From the NCBI RefSeq assembly GCF_009914755.1, contig NC_060936.1: a DNA stretch of 64,000 nt; one strand, 5' to 3'. The notes beneath the pieces were generated by a model. It was not told the origin of the DNA and ran no database searches. It worked only from the letters and a program-made list of their open reading frames with translations. Shown one piece after another: positions 14,480-29,715 of the stretch. Both the position numbers and the translations under genes were made by a program. The first letter of the stretch is position 1; the number at the start of each line of letters is the position of its first letter. This stretch comes from the human T2T-CHM13v2.0 reference genome, Homo sapiens.

Positions 14480-15200
14480 CTAGCCAGGCCGCCCAAAGCG
14501 GGCAGAGCCTGAACTCAGCCTCAGGCCACTGACATGGGCTCCGGCCTCCAGGCATCGCTGCCAACACCACAGGGACCGGGAACCGCCGCAGCTCCTGGAA
14601 CTGCACATTCCCCTCCCATCCCACGAGCTCTGTCCCCACGTCCCCCAGACCCCACAGGGGAAGCACTCAGTGCCTGCCTCTCCAGGAGCCGCCTTCTCCT
14701 CCCTGATGATTGACGTCCCTCCCGTAAAGGATCTCTTTGAGCTACAGCCTCCATCAGACAATACGTTGCAGGATATTGGGGGCCCTTTTGTCTTCCACTC
14801 CCGCAGAAGCCAGGGCACCTGGGGCCGCTTCATTTACCCGCATCTCTGCCCCCGATCCTCGGCTGGAAGACACCGGCTGCCGGCTACCGGGCTTCGCTGC
14901 AGGTGTAAGTGGCAGATGCCACCATGCTGGCGGCGACGCGTCTCCTGCGGAGAGGATTTACCTCCGTAGCCTGGGCTAGGACCTTCAGGAGGCCTGCACA
15001 GCCTCGATTTAGGAAGCCCTTTGCCTCTAAATACACTGATGGCTTTCTCCTCCAACAGCTCGTGTCCCGCCCCGGCACACACATGCTGCGGAGTCTTGGA
15101 TTCTGGTCTGCAAGGTTCTCGGTTGTACACCTGACAAACAGCTCAGGCCCGGCAAGCAGGACACGGAACCCATGTCGACCCATGAAACCCATGTAACTGC
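14480..15200. promoter_or_regulatory. CpG/GC-rich unique segment (CpG-island-like) with + strand splice signals
   Basis: Visibly CpG-dense non-repeat DNA; acceptor at 14805-6, donor GTAAGT at 14905, acceptor at 15057-8. Confidence 0.45.
14924..15196 (+). CDS. Hypothetical 90-aa smORF with an Arg-rich, presequence-like N-terminus (unverified)
   Basis: GCCACCATG at 14918-14926; MLAATRLLRRGFTSVAWARTFRR...; no homology recognised. Confidence 0.15.
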   Translation: MLAATRLLRRGFTSVAWARTFRRPAQPRFRKPFASKYTDGFLLQQLVSRPGTHMLRSLGFWSARFSVVHLTNSSGPASRTRNPCRPMKPM

Positions 15201-16912
15201 CTGTTACACGAAGGCTGTGGTGGAAAAAGTTCTCTGCCATGCAGGGCGCCTGCAAGAGAGGACCCCAGGTCTAAGAAGTTGCTTTGCAAGTAGAAAGTTG
15301 GGGAAAACCAATTGGCTGCAGGATTGATACCCGAAGCAGATACAATGCATCCTCTGAGAAGCATGTCCTGGATAGTTAAGGCGTCATGAGTCTTTGCCCT
15401 GAAGAGCCCGCAGGGCCTGCAGGGATCTGGGCAGCAGATCCAAGTCTTCCAGAGACAGTGTGCCAGGGCAGGTGCTCAGACATCACACAGCACAGCTCAG
15501 AGTCACGCAAGGTCACCTCTCTGGGCCAGAGAGGTGACCTCCAAGGAGAGCAGCTGCTTGGATTGACCTGTGTCCGGCCCAGACTGGAGAACAGGCCGCC
15601 ACCTGTTCGCTCCTCAGCCTCACCTTCCACGGTGAAAACAGGCCTTCTGAGGGCTGAGTGCGGCCCCGGGTGTTTCAGTTGGCCAGGGGATCCAGCTTTT
15701 GGCTTTTTCATAAAGCATCACCTTCTCTCTCATGTATGAATATTTACTCAGCTTGGACAAGCCCTCAGGCCAGGGGTTGAAAGGTCACCATGCGTGAGCT
15801 GCTCTGCTGTGCGCAAAGCCCAATCCAGACAAAGTTTGGCCTGGCTGCTGGGTTAATGAAAAGCCACCCCAGGTTGGGGGTCCCCAGCCCAGCACCCAGT
15901 CTGGGGTATTCTGTACAGCAACCCAAGCTAAGAGAGCACATTATGGGAAAATGGTGTTTTTTAAAATAATTAAAACACCATTTGACAGGATGGTGAAGAC
16001 CGTGGTGGCAAGACTTCAGAGGAAACAGTGTAAATGCAAAACGGGAGAAACCTGGAGGAGCTTGTCAAACACAGCTCTATGTCTTAAACAACTGGCTTCC
16101 CCAGTAACCAAACCGTGTGGACATCACCGCAGGCCCCCCTGGATGCAGACACTGGTACCTTATTCTGGGCTTAGACCCCATCCGGGTGAAGCAAGGTACA
16201 CAGCCTGCAGGGCTGAGCTGGGATCTGTCACTTGCAATAGAGAGAGTCCGGATGGGTAAAACAGCTTCTCCTTTCCCTCCCCCCTCCCCCAAGTCCAGGA
16301 CCTCCCGGGTAACCCCGATGATTACACAGCCTCCACCTAGTCTCCAGCCCCCCGTCATCGCCACCTGCACAGGCTACTTAGACCCTGGGTTACCATTCAC
16401 CAGCTGTTTCTCCCTGGCCTTCCTTGATATACATTTCCCAGCTCCCTGGCCGGCAAGGATGACTAGGTGACATTTTTGTCCTCACGAGTGTCCTTTGGAA
16501 AGTCGCATCTGTCAGAATCCAGGACACCAGCCAGAAGGCCATGCCTGGTGAGTAATGAGGGGATGGGACGGAGGGAGAGTTGACAGCAGTGCTGGCGGGT
16601 TGCCGGGGCCAACAAGGCAGGGGACGCCGCCCCCAGGTACTCCAATTGTGGGAGCTGCGACCGCCCCGCCAGAGGGCCAGTGGGCAACCCACAGATACCC
16701 CTGCCGCAATCTCCAGGCTCCTACTGCGACCTCATCGGCCAAGCCACCTGGAAGCCACAGGGCAAGAGAACCTGAGTGAGGAAGTCCAGTGAGCCCAGCC
16801 CCCCACCCCGCAGGCAGAGGACAGCACAGAAGGAGGTAGAGGGTGGATCTGGGAGGCAAGCAGGGAACGCCCAGCACAGACTTCTTCCTTTCTTCGGTAA
16901 AGATTCAGTCTC

Positions 16913-17353
<441 letters not shown>

Positions 17354-17799
17354 TCATGCCACCCTGCAATGGTGGCCTCTGACTTTCTGCATGAGAAAAG
17401 CCAGCCCCGTCTCTGCAGGGCAGTGTTAGCAGGTTCTATTGTTACTTGCAGCTGAACGCTGTCTCACCTGATGCAACAGGCTGGCCTACACTTTATGTTT
17501 CGGTAGCACTTCAGACTTGGTAACACAGTTGCACGTATACTATGTGACTGGAAGCAGAAGAAATCAATGCCATTGTTCCCATTCCTTAAAGAGTACAATA
17601 AAGAAACAGAAGTTACTTACGGCCAAGGACTAACATGAGTTGGGGCAGCACCCACAGGAATCAGCGAAAACCATGTGATTAATTACCAACCTTGTGCCCA
17701 ACCTCCCTTATCCTCAGAAGACGTTCAGTGAGCAACGTAAACAAACCGACGACATTCCCTCTGCCCTAACAACACAACACTTCTCACATGTTAGATGTG

Positions 17800-18214
17800 G
17801 AAAAACTGAAGAGCAGTAACAGACAGCGCTGGGGTATAAGGAAAAAGCAATAGGCCGCTCCACACAGAACCAGTGGGAATGTTGATTCCTGGAGTCTTTC
17901 TGAGAAACCATCTCTTGGAGGCGTAATTAAAAAGCATAGACAAATTCTGACCCAGAGATTCCCAGAAATTGATTCCACAAAATAAAAAACATAAGAATGC
18001 GCACATGAAGATCTTTAGCATAGCGCTGACGGGGCAAAGAAAAAAGGGGAAATCTTGCAGGTCTGCAGAGGAACATCTTTTCATGGTGGTCAAAGAAAAT
18101 TGTGGTGTATCCGTGCCACAGACTACAATGAGGAAATGCAAAATCACAAGTTAGAATTCTATGTGTTGACATGAAAAATGTTCATGACGCACTTTTGAGT
18201 AAAACAAGTTATCA

Positions 18215-18220
<6 letters not shown>
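17800..18220 (+). mobile_element. Old L1ME-like 3' fragment
   Basis: ttctgacccagagattcc...aaaattgtggtgtatcc...ttgacatgaaaaatgttcatgac. Confidence 0.55.
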
Positions 18221-19015
<795 letters not shown>

Positions 19016-21313
19016 TAGATTCTCATTTTAATAAACCAACAAACCCCCCAAGGCCTAGCTGTGGGGATACAGGTGTTTGTCTTTGATTATAGACAGGGAG
19101 AAAGGGGTGGAGGGACATGCATTGCTTACCTGGGCTATGGAATGTGACACTGTATAAGAATTAGGAGAGGAGAATTAAGAAAACCAATGCCCACTAAGTT
19201 TAAACAGCACCATTTTTCATGAACAGTGACAGGCATTTTCCTGTGGTGGTTGGCACAGGTTTCAAACGTCTGCCATCACTCTTGGAAGCCCCCCTGAGCC
19301 CACCCAGACAAGCTACATGGAGAAGTCCCCATACGCCTCTTAGATGCCCTCCTGCTCCGGGCGGGGACGTGGTCTGGACAACAGCGTTTGCTTTTTCACC
19401 TCTGGCAGGCACCAGTCTCCCTGCCTGGCAGGAGAGTGACGCAGTCGGATGCACACACACCCTAGCCTTTTGCATTCTTAAACCTACCCGCTGGGCTCTG
19501 TGTCCAAGAAGGGATGTCTGATGTTACAGATCACAACGTTCCGCCTGCACGTTTCCCACCAGACAAATGGGGAGCTGTTCACGGTGTCCCCTTTCATCCC
19601 TAGATATCTGAAGAAGATGACTAGACACATGCCACGTTCTGTCTCCGGTTCCCCGCTCTCCTCTCCTTTCTGTACCCCCATCTGTTCTCCCCCCATGTCT
19701 CTCTCTCTTCCTCCGCTGTCTTGCTCCCTTCTCCTCCTCTCTCCTTCCTTATTTCTGCCTCCCCTATTAGTCTCCTCCTCTCATCTTCTCTGACTGTTGC
19801 CGTTTTCAGAAGGGCTCCTGGCTCGGGCCAGTGCGGAATCACCTGAGCAACTACCACGGTTGCAAACCTCTTCTTGAGGGCTTGCTGATTTCTCCTCAAA
19901 CCTGTCTACAAGGCAGGATTATTTTTAAACCCATTTAAGAGCTAAGGAAACTGAGGCATAGAAAAAGTCGCCCAACCCATCAGCCATGTCTACTGGGCGC
20001 CCAAATGTGCAGGACACCATCCTAGGAGACAATGAATGAGATAGAGGTTACGGAATCTTCCCAATCCCGCACCTTCCCAGCTCATCAAGGCAGAGCCCAG
20101 GGCTGGCAGGAAGACGTGAATGTCCCAAGATGGGGTCAGCACAGTGCTCTGGAGTCTCTCCAGTGACAGGAGAGCTCCTTCTACATCGCCATGTGGCAGC
20201 CAGCAAAGAGTTTGGCCAGCACAAGCAGGCCACAGGAAGGAGAAGTCAGAGGGTGACTTTGGTTTCCAGCACAGAGGCCTGGAGAGCTCTGCCAGAGGCC
20301 TGAGCAGGAAGGAAAGGTTTTCGGGGACTGCTTGTGTGGGCTGTGGGTCCCCGCAACATGGGCCTTGGCGTCAGCTGCTGACCTGAAGTTGGGGTGCAGG
20401 GGCCCCCCTCCTCCTCTGCAGAGGCCCCCATGTCCCACTGATGAGAGGTTCCACCCCATCTCTCATTTTTCCAGGACTGCCAGCCTTACATCTCATGTTC
20501 TGAGCTTCCTGTGGGCCAGGCCTGGTGCTGAGACCCTACCAGTCTCTTCTGTGTTTCATTGTCACCAACGATCCCCCACCCCCGACCCCCACCCCGAGTT
20601 AGTGCTGCCACCTCCATCCAGCACACAAGGGATGCAAGGCTTAGGGAACTAGAGCCCAGGCCCACGCCCTGCAGCTGGGAGCTGCTGGACCAGGCTTAGA
20701 ACCCAGGTCCATCCTCATGCAAATGGCGTCATCCCTGCCCTTTGCCTCTCACTGACATTTCCTCTCCCTCCTCACTGGAAGGAGTGAGTCACCATCTCCC
20801 TTCACCAGACTCCATTTTTTTCCTAGCACACATTGCCCTGGGGCACCAGCTGAGAGTTCAGTCAATGCTGTGGCCCCACAGGCCTAGGCCAGCTACAGCT
20901 CCAGGCAGAAACGACAAGCAGGTTTCAGCTGACACCAGCTTTAGATACTGCTAGAAGCTGCTTAGTGGGAGGTATTGAGAAGGGCCTGGAGGCGGCCTTT
21001 CCTTTAGCAAAGGTGGGCTGCTTCTTATTTCAGCTGAAGCTTCAGAAAGTAACAGAGAGGGCCTTGGGCTGAGTGTCTATGACCTGACGCTAAGCAGCCC
21101 AGCACCTTCAGTCCTCGAAGGTCCGCAGATGCACCCCAGTTCTGAATTCACAGAATGCACGCAAATTAGATTATTCTGGTAGAACAGGAATCACTCCGTT
21201 GTCTGGGCTACTTAGAGATGTTGTCCAATCATTGGAAAACTTTGATTGCATCAGCTGATTTTCAGATTGCCAGGTCTCTTTAGAACTGGGAGATTCTTAG
21301 AAACATCTAACTC

Positions 21314-21433
21314 GGCCGGGTGTGGTGGCCCACGCCTGTAATCCCAGTACCTTGGGACGCTGAGGCGGGAGGATCACTTGAGCCCAGGAGTTTGAGAACA
21401 GCCTGAGCAACATAGAAAGACCTCTTCTTTACC

Positions 21434-21466
<33 letters not shown>

Positions 21467-21481
21467 AAAGGGGAAAAAGAA
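21314..21481 (+). mobile_element. FLAM_C/AluJ monomer
   Basis: Monomer plus long A tail; TSD agaaacatctaactc/agaaaatctaactc. Confidence 0.9.
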
Positions 21482-23882
21482 AGAAAATCTAACTCTCATA
21501 AGAGTCACGGATCCCCAAAGCAATTTTGCAAATGAAGAGTTAATGATGTTCTCCACTCCCCTAGATGGCAGTTTGCTTGCCCGTAACTATGCGTCAATGC
21601 CAGGCCTAATATTAATGTATTATCTAAATAATCATTCATACTGCATATGATCAGCACTCAACGCCTTCCTCTCATCACATTCACTCCTGGTTTGATCCAG
21701 TCAACACAAAAAGCTCTTTCCAGAGAACATCAGATTAGAAGGTTACACGTGTTAATTAACCTTTTTTATAGACAATGTACAGCACTGGATATATCGTAGG
21801 ATCTTCATCTCACTCCATGGGCCCTGGTCCAAGGAGCGAGCCCCACAGCGGATCCTACTGGCCCCCTCCTCCTGGTAAAGACAAAAAGATCAGGTTCCCT
21901 TCAGTCTTAGGTTTCTCGCCCTCCCTGAAACATCCCGGTGTTCAGCAGGTGGGGAAGGATGAGGTTTGCCACATCCAGGGGCTAGTGTATTTGCCCTTTT
22001 GCCTAGTGCTGTGGGCTCCCAGGAGTTCTGCGGCTCTTCCTGCTCACAGCCACACCTGAACAAGCATCCTGAAGGCAGGTGGGAGGCTCCTCAGGAAGTG
22101 ATTCAGGCAAAATGCCTTCCATGGAAAGTGCCTAGACGGAAACATCTTTATAGCTCTGTAATGTAAATAATCTTAAAGTCAAAATTTCAACAACATAAAG
22201 CAATGTAAATGGGAGACTGTGCACGAACGGGATGGAGAAGAGATTTTAGCTGCACCCAGTTGTACAAGGATCTGGCTAATAGTGCAAGCCTCAGCCCACC
22301 TAGAAAGAGAGGACCGAAGAAGGGATGGAGGGAGGAAGAGAGGACGAATGTTCGGACCTCTGTCCAGACTTTCATCACACATGGGTCTTTATCTAAAAGC
22401 CAGAAGTTAGTTAACAGCTTTATTGCTGATGGACTTTTTATGTTAAACACACACACACACACCCCTTACTTTATAGCAAGCAACCTTCAAATTATGGCAC
22501 CAAATAGGCAAAACTGAAGAAATAAGTTTTCCCATTATGTTAGTGTTAATTAATCCACTTCTTCCTTCAGTCATCCAATTATTTATTCCACAAACTTCTG
22601 CGCTATTTTCAGAGCAGCTTTCCAGGTACTGGGAATACTACGCGAGCAAAGGTGAAATCCCTTCCTCAATGAGGTCCACATTACAGCAGGTCACACAGAC
22701 CACAAACGCACACGATTTCAGGCAGTGGAGGGTGCTACGCAACAGTCACTGCTTTACAAAACCAACCCCTGGAGCTCAGTCAGAGCTTTCATTCTCTCAC
22801 CTCTTCCAGGACTGAAATCATTATGCTCTTTACTGATCACGTTATTGATTTTTTTACTCCTTGGGAAGCTGGTCCTTCAAATTCAGATATCTAAAACTTT
22901 CCAGTGTACAGAGTGGAGATGCTGCATGTGAGTCACCCATGCTAAACCAAGTGGCGATTTTGGAAAGTCCCAGTTCTGTATTAAGGGGTCTGGGAGATGT
23001 TCACACAAAACAGGAAATGCACACACACGTGTTATTCTTTCCATGGCGACTGATCAGTGTGGATCTCTAATCTAGCCACGGTGTGTCGTCAAGGGGACCG
23101 CACAGACACCATGGCCCCAGGTTAAAGAGTAAGCTCTAGCTGTGCTCACGGTCCCTTATCAACCTCCTCTCCTAATCCGAAGCCCTTTTGTTTGCACCGG
23201 GGAGCTGGCTGCTGTCTGTGGATATCTATCAGCGGCAAATGCTTCTGTTGCCTGGTTACTCTTGGAGACTGCACAGGCCTGGGGTGGACAGCCGGTCAAA
23301 ACACGTAAAGGGACAGTAACTGTGTGGGCAAAGAGGTGGCCCTGCAGACACATGCTGTCCTTGGTGCTCTGCGCCAGGAAGACAGAGGGCCAACATGGAG
23401 CAGGTGTGCGACGCTGTGCTGAAATCTGCCCCCTGACACATGGTGTGCAGACTTGACTTGATGTCGAGAAAGAGGCTCCTGGACCCCTGCGGCAACCGGT
23501 TGAAAAGGGCCTCCGAGGCAGTGGCTCACTCTTCTGGCCAGAGCTTCCAGACTCTGCTTTGGAAGTGGTCTGCTGAGGGCAGTCACGGTGCCTCACCCTC
23601 TCCAGCCAAGGGATGGGCACAAGACCGAAGTGGTGGCAGTTAAACAATCAGTCCCCTGAATTTAAATCTTGAGCAGAGGGACCCAAGGACAAAAAAAAGA
23701 ACCAGCAGCCAGAGCATGTCTCCCACTCCCTCCCACCCCAGGCGGGTCATCCTGCAGCTCTCCTCCTCCCTGAGGCTCCCAATCCCTGATGCTTCGCTGG
23801 CCCTCGCCATTGGTCCTTCTAGCAAATCCCCTTCCCCTTTAGGTGGCCAGCACCAGGTTCTGCTGCGTGCAACCAGAGACCT

Positions 23883-24295
23883 CACGTTAGTTTCCTCCAG
23901 CCGCCGTGACAAAGTACGACAAGCCAGGAGGCTTGAAGAACAGGCATGCACGGCCCCACAGTCCCAGGGGCCAGATGCCCAAGCTCGGGGTGTCGGCAGG
24001 GCTGCTCCTCAGGTCACAGGCAGGCTCTGCCCGTGCCTGTCCCCGGCTTCTGTGGTGGCTGACATTCTTGGTACTTCGTGGCTCCTAGAAGCACCACCCC
24101 AATCCCTGCCAATGTTCTCTGCATCCAATCCCCCTCTCTGTAAGGACACCAGTCATAGTAGATTAAGGCCTAATCTAATGACCTTGCTTTAAGTTGGTCA
24201 CCTCTATAAAGACCTCGTCTCCAAGTAAGATCACATTTTGAGGGGGCTGGGCCTCCAACATTCTTTTTGCAGGGAACACCCCTCACCCTGTAACA
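23883..24295 (-). mobile_element. MLT1B/C MaLR solo LTR
   Basis: ttagtttcct...taaggacaccagtcata...gatcacattttgagg...taaca. Confidence 0.85.
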
Positions 24296-24779
24296 GACTC
24301 TGTGACCCGCAGTCAACCACCCCACCCAGCAGTGGTGAGCACCTGGAACCTGCAGACCTGGACTCCGGGCCTGGGGCACCTGTGAGCCATCCTTGGCATG
24401 GTTACATTAGCCATGGGCGGGCGAGCAACCTGCCTTGAGATCTGGCTGAATGGGGAGGCCTGAAAATATGCACACACCTCTGTAAGGAGATGGAGTCACC
24501 CCTTAGTGAGGGTGGGTTCATTTTTTTACCAGCACCCTGGGAGCTGGTCATTCCTACGTGGAAAGTGACCTTAGGTGAGTTGGAAACCCTTGAGTTCAGT
24601 CACCAGGCTCTGGAGATGGGTCTTCTGAAAGGTGAGGGTTAGGGTGATGGACTCCAGGTGGATCCTCCCCATGAGAGAAAAGCAGGGGGCACGTGCCATG
24701 GTCGTACACAGCCCTGCTGGCTTTTTGGGCCTAACTGTAGATATCATAATACAATGTGGGAACAGCGCCAGGCCTGTGA

Positions 24780-24995
24780 ACTCCAAGTGCACCATTAAGG
24801 GACTCTGATTAAAGACTGACGCCAACACAGAGGAAAAGGATGGAGATTCCCAAAACATCGGCAGAGTTCCTGGACGTAGCCGTTCCTGAAGCTAGAATCT
24901 CCTCTCTTCAATTACACCTGTCAAGAGCTCCCGTTTTTGCTGAGGCTAGTTTGAGCTGGTTCTCTGTCATCTGAAATCTGAAGATCGCGACACAC
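24780..24995 (+). mobile_element. MLT1I/J-like LTR 3' fragment
   Basis: cctgaagctaga...gctagtttgagctggttctctgtca. Confidence 0.6.
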
Positions 24996-25927
24996 ATAAT
25001 ATAATACCACGGGGCATAGCAAGCCCCAAGGCCTCTCTGAGCCCACGGCTATATCAGCAGCCTCATTTATGTGTCCTGCAGAACAAAAGGAGCAAGTAAA
25101 TGACATCCCAGGGCCCGAGTTTACCAAGAGACACGAGTGAAATGGATGATACCGAGACCTGGGTACCATAGCTGGAAGTGTGACTATTTCCTCGACATTT
25201 CCAAAACTCTTGCCAAACACATTTGTACTCTACCCTTTTACTGCCCTTGAAGGTAAACCTGGAGCCATCGCTGAACCCAGCCTGGTACTGAGGCCAGCAG
25301 GCCAGCATCACACACACTTCCCGACAGGCCCAGGACAGCACTAATGACTCGTTTGACTGTAACTGGCACTGAGACTTCAGTATCAACAGAGCCCATTCCA
25401 CGTCGACTTGTCTACTTTAAAAAATAATAACAGAACAAAATGAAACCAACAAAATGGAATTTAAAATACATAATTGCTTTAGTCATGAAGAGTAACGACA
25501 TTAAGAGCCATTTTAACTAGACATTTCCGCACAAATAAAATTAGGCCGAGACAGTTAGTCTTGGGGTCCTGACCAAAAATGAGCCCTGAGAACTTGCAGG
25601 CCTGTTTGTTTCAGGTTGGATCCTGGGTAACAGGCAGGGCCTGTGGCTGACTGGAGCAGACGTGAAGCCCCCACAAGGCTGCATAGGAGGTTCCGGGGAA
25701 CAGAGTCCCCAAACATCACAAGTTTTGCCATCTCTGTGCCCACTATTAACTGACCCTCTTTCTTTAAATGGGCTTGTGTTTTACATACATAATTATATTG
25801 AAAAAGGAAACTACATATAACACAAAACTGTTGGTTAATTCACTAGTTATTTTGTACATAAATTCACTATTCACTAATTGTACGTATAATTCTCTACTAT
25901 TTTTCATATATTTATATATAATATATA

Positions 25928-26053
25928 TTTGATAATAGAGATGGAGTCTCACTTTGTTGCCCAGGGTGGTCCCAAACTCCTGGACTCAAGCGATCCTCCC
26001 ACCTTTGCCTCCCACAGTGCTGGGAATACAGAAATGAGCCACTGCACCTGGCC
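25928..26053 (-). mobile_element. FLAM/AluJ monomer
   Basis: ctcctggactcaagcgatcctccc...gagccactgcacctggcc. Confidence 0.9.
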
Positions 26054-26677
26054 TACTAGTTATATTTTTCCTAATAATTGTATTTTTTCCAATAACTACA
26101 TGACCATAGCTAGCTAGGGTTTGTTGATTGTTTTTGTCTATTTTATTGCCTGTACAACACTCTTGGAAATATTGGGCTAGTTGGCAGATTTAGGCAATGC
26201 CTCCACTAGGCTGATAGTCGCAAAATTCTCCACAAAAGGCATAGAAGACAAAATTTCTCTCTCTCTGACCCTGCTCAATGCTTAGATGTAACCTCTGTTC
26301 CCAGAGCTCATGGCATCGAGTAAACAGTTCTTGCCTACTAAGCCCTGCAGGTAGGAACAAGAAGACTCATCTAACAGAGAAAATGAAAGAACAGATGGCG
26401 TGGACTGAGGTCTGGGGATACTGTTGGGGCCATTTCCTTCTAGTATCAATGGTTTCTTATCTCAACAAATATTTGCCAAGCATCTGTAGTGTACAAAATC
26501 AGGTTGCTGGGCTACTTACACAAATACATATAAAACGAAGGTCAACTGAATACTATTAAAGACTGAGGTAATTCCATCCTGCATTATTGAATTTAAAAAG
26601 CATATTATGATGAACACACACATGTATTCCCCTTTAGCTTTTTCTATATATTTCAACACTTATACAAATAGAAGCAC

Positions 26678-26851
26678 TTTTATTTTACTTTAAGTTCTTG
26701 GCTACATGTGCAGAACATGCAGGTTTGTTACACAGGTATACATGTGCCACAGTGGTTTGCTGCACCCATCAGCCTGTCATCTAGGTTTTAAGCCCCACAA
26801 GTATTAGGTATTTGCCCTAATGCTCCCCCTCCCCTTGCCCCCACCCCCTGA
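26678..26851 (-). mobile_element. 5'-truncated L1PA (PA8-like) 3' end
   Basis: tacatgtgcagaacatgcaggtttgttac...tctaggttttaagcccc; degenerate TSD aatagaagcac/agtagaggcac. Confidence 0.85.
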
Positions 26852-27029
26852 AGTAGAGGCACATTTGCACAGATTCTCGAGTAATGTACACAGGTAGCAT
26901 GGACAAGTATGTTCCCTGCTGTAGTACTGATAATAATTAGGCATGGTTAGGGGACAGTTAGTTAACTGTTGTCATCTGTGTGTGCATCTACATATAGCAC
27001 AATTGTTCATCAACAGCAGCAAGTGCCTT

Positions 27030-27496
27030 CAGTGGGCATAAGCTGCCTCCCATAACCTCTTAGCGCTCAACTCCATGCACACCAAGCTGGTTACCACCAA
27101 CACCTGCATTTCTGTGCCTGGGGGCTCCATCTAGCTGAGACCCAAGCCTGGCCTACATGCAGGGCAAGCAAGACATGCTGGAGCCTCCATGCACCTGCAA
27201 GACCGCCTCAGCCAAGTGAAGAGTGCTGGTGGATAAATACCCCAGCTCCCTCATCCCTCAAGCAGATAATCCCACGGTGTACACCACAGTCTCCCAGAGG
27301 TTCCACAGCAGGATTGAGCCCCCATCACCCACAGTGGCAACTGGCTGGATAACACACACCCATTACTGACTTCCTGCCCTGCCCTGTCTCACTTCCACAC
27401 TCCCCTCCCAAAATTTCCTGGGGTCACCTTCCCATGAAACCACTTTTGCTGGAATACTTATCTTGGGCTTGCTCTAGGAGAGCCCAGGCTGAGACA
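27030..27496 (+). mobile_element. LTR16-family ERVL solo LTR
   Basis: ggataaataccccagctccctc...gtctcccagaggttcc...ggattgagcccc...ctgagaca. Confidence 0.75.
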
Positions 27497-28144
27497 CTCA
27501 GTATAGCTACACTGCTGGGTGAAACACAGCGATTTACAAGGCTGAGGTTGGGTGCCAATGTACTCATAGGAAATAACAGGCAAAGGTCTCTAGGAAATGT
27601 TCTGGAAATGGAAAATACTAATCTGCAGAAAAATATAGTTTTCTTTAAAGCACATACAAAATTATAGGACAGAGTTTCACATATGTTTGGAAGGTCCAAA
27701 CTGATGACAGTGGTTAGCTTGGTAGAAGAGTCAAGATACATGAGATTTTACAAATTAAATATATAAATTTAGTATGTAAGTAATGAAAATTAAAAGTTGC
27801 AGAACAGATTATGTGTGTACTTGGACATGCACACATGGAGTTGTGTGTCCACATCCACTTTTGTCTATACACCTGCCTCTATTTTACACCAAGACGTGTG
27901 TGTGTGTGTAGATTTGTGTATGCGTGGGGAAAGGTCTGAGAATTCTGAAAAGAAACACCAAACTCTTCATAATGATTGCCAATGGGAATTAGGAACAGGA
28001 AATATTTATCAGGTGATTTTAATGTTTTACTTTATACATCTCTGTGAGATGTGACTTTTTCAGTGAGCATCTGCTGCCCTTCAAATCTGACAAGGTAAAA
28101 TAATTTTGTTTTTTCTTTTACTGTACTGATTTAATTCACTTTAA

Positions 28145-28447
<303 letters not shown>

Positions 28448-28464
28448 AACCTATCTGGGTGTCT

Positions 28465-28628
28465 TAAATTGATACATAATAAATGGACATATTATTGGGG
28501 TACACGTGATATTTTGATACACCCATATAATGTGTGAAAGTCAAATCAGGGTAATTAGGATATTTATTACATTAATCTTTTTATGCTAGGCACTTTCAAA
28601 TTATTCTCTTGCAGCAATTTTGAAATGA
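28465..28628 (-). mobile_element. L1MA (MA3/MA4-like) 3' end
   Basis: ggggtacacgtgatattttgatac...caaatcagggtaattagg. Confidence 0.75.
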
Positions 28629-29715
28629 GCATAACTTTAAAGCTGCTCACACATACTCACAACCCCTGTGAAAGTTGTTGATAACTTTTCCAACTCAGAT
28701 CTGTGAATAAGCATCTTAATATGTTTTATTGACATAGAGGGGCGCCGAGACCTGTCTGGATGGAGGGAAACGACAGAGCCATTGAGAATGGTCATTGTGG
28801 ATTTAGACAGGAAATGCTGCCTTTGGAGAGATTAAAATTTAGCAGCCACTGAGGTGTGCTTCAGGCAGCTCTAACTTCCTCCAGACTGGAGCTACTCTCA
28901 GAGAGCCTCCTCTTCCAAGTCAAATGTGCAGCCCATCTCAGACTCACGAACTAGGCCCACTCTTTCAGTCATGAGGACCTATTTTCTAATTGCTCTCCCT
29001 TCATGGTGAAATAATTCAAACATTCCATTCCCTTCTAGAGTGAGAACAAGAGCTAAATTTAAATGCAATAGCTTAATGATGCATCTGCAATTCCAAGCAG
29101 CCAACAATCTATCAAAAAAAGACCAGCTCATTCCAAATATAGGAAAGACTCATACACACATACATCACTCCACTCTAGCTTCCAACCCCAGAATGACCAA
29201 AATTTAAAAATATCAAAAAAGTAATAAGCCCTCAAAATAATCTGCTTGTGATCCCTAGGAGGACTGATTGGCTTCTGTATCCCATAGGCCAAGTATAATA
29301 AATGCACTGGAAAAAAATTACAACTAATAACCCACACCACTCAGTTGAAACACACTCTTTGAAAGTGTTCTTAATGACACAATTTGTCTTTTTAGGGCAT
29401 ACAGATAAACATATTGTCATAAATTATATTCATTGAAGAAACTGATACCATTATATTAATAATGAAAATGAAAGGGTTTTGAAATATTTTTCAGGAATCT
29501 TACCCACCTCCAAGGATGCTGCCTTTACTCATTAAGTGATGATTAGTGGCTCTATTGTAATGAGAAACAAATGATTACCAAGTGTATATCCTACATTGGA
29601 AAGAGTTAAGTTTCACATCAGACCTTTTCTGCCTTCTTCTATGGAAAATGAATGCATAAAATAGGAATCAGAGGACTGGGTGTGGATTTAGGTCTACTGA
29701 ACACATACTGGCTGG

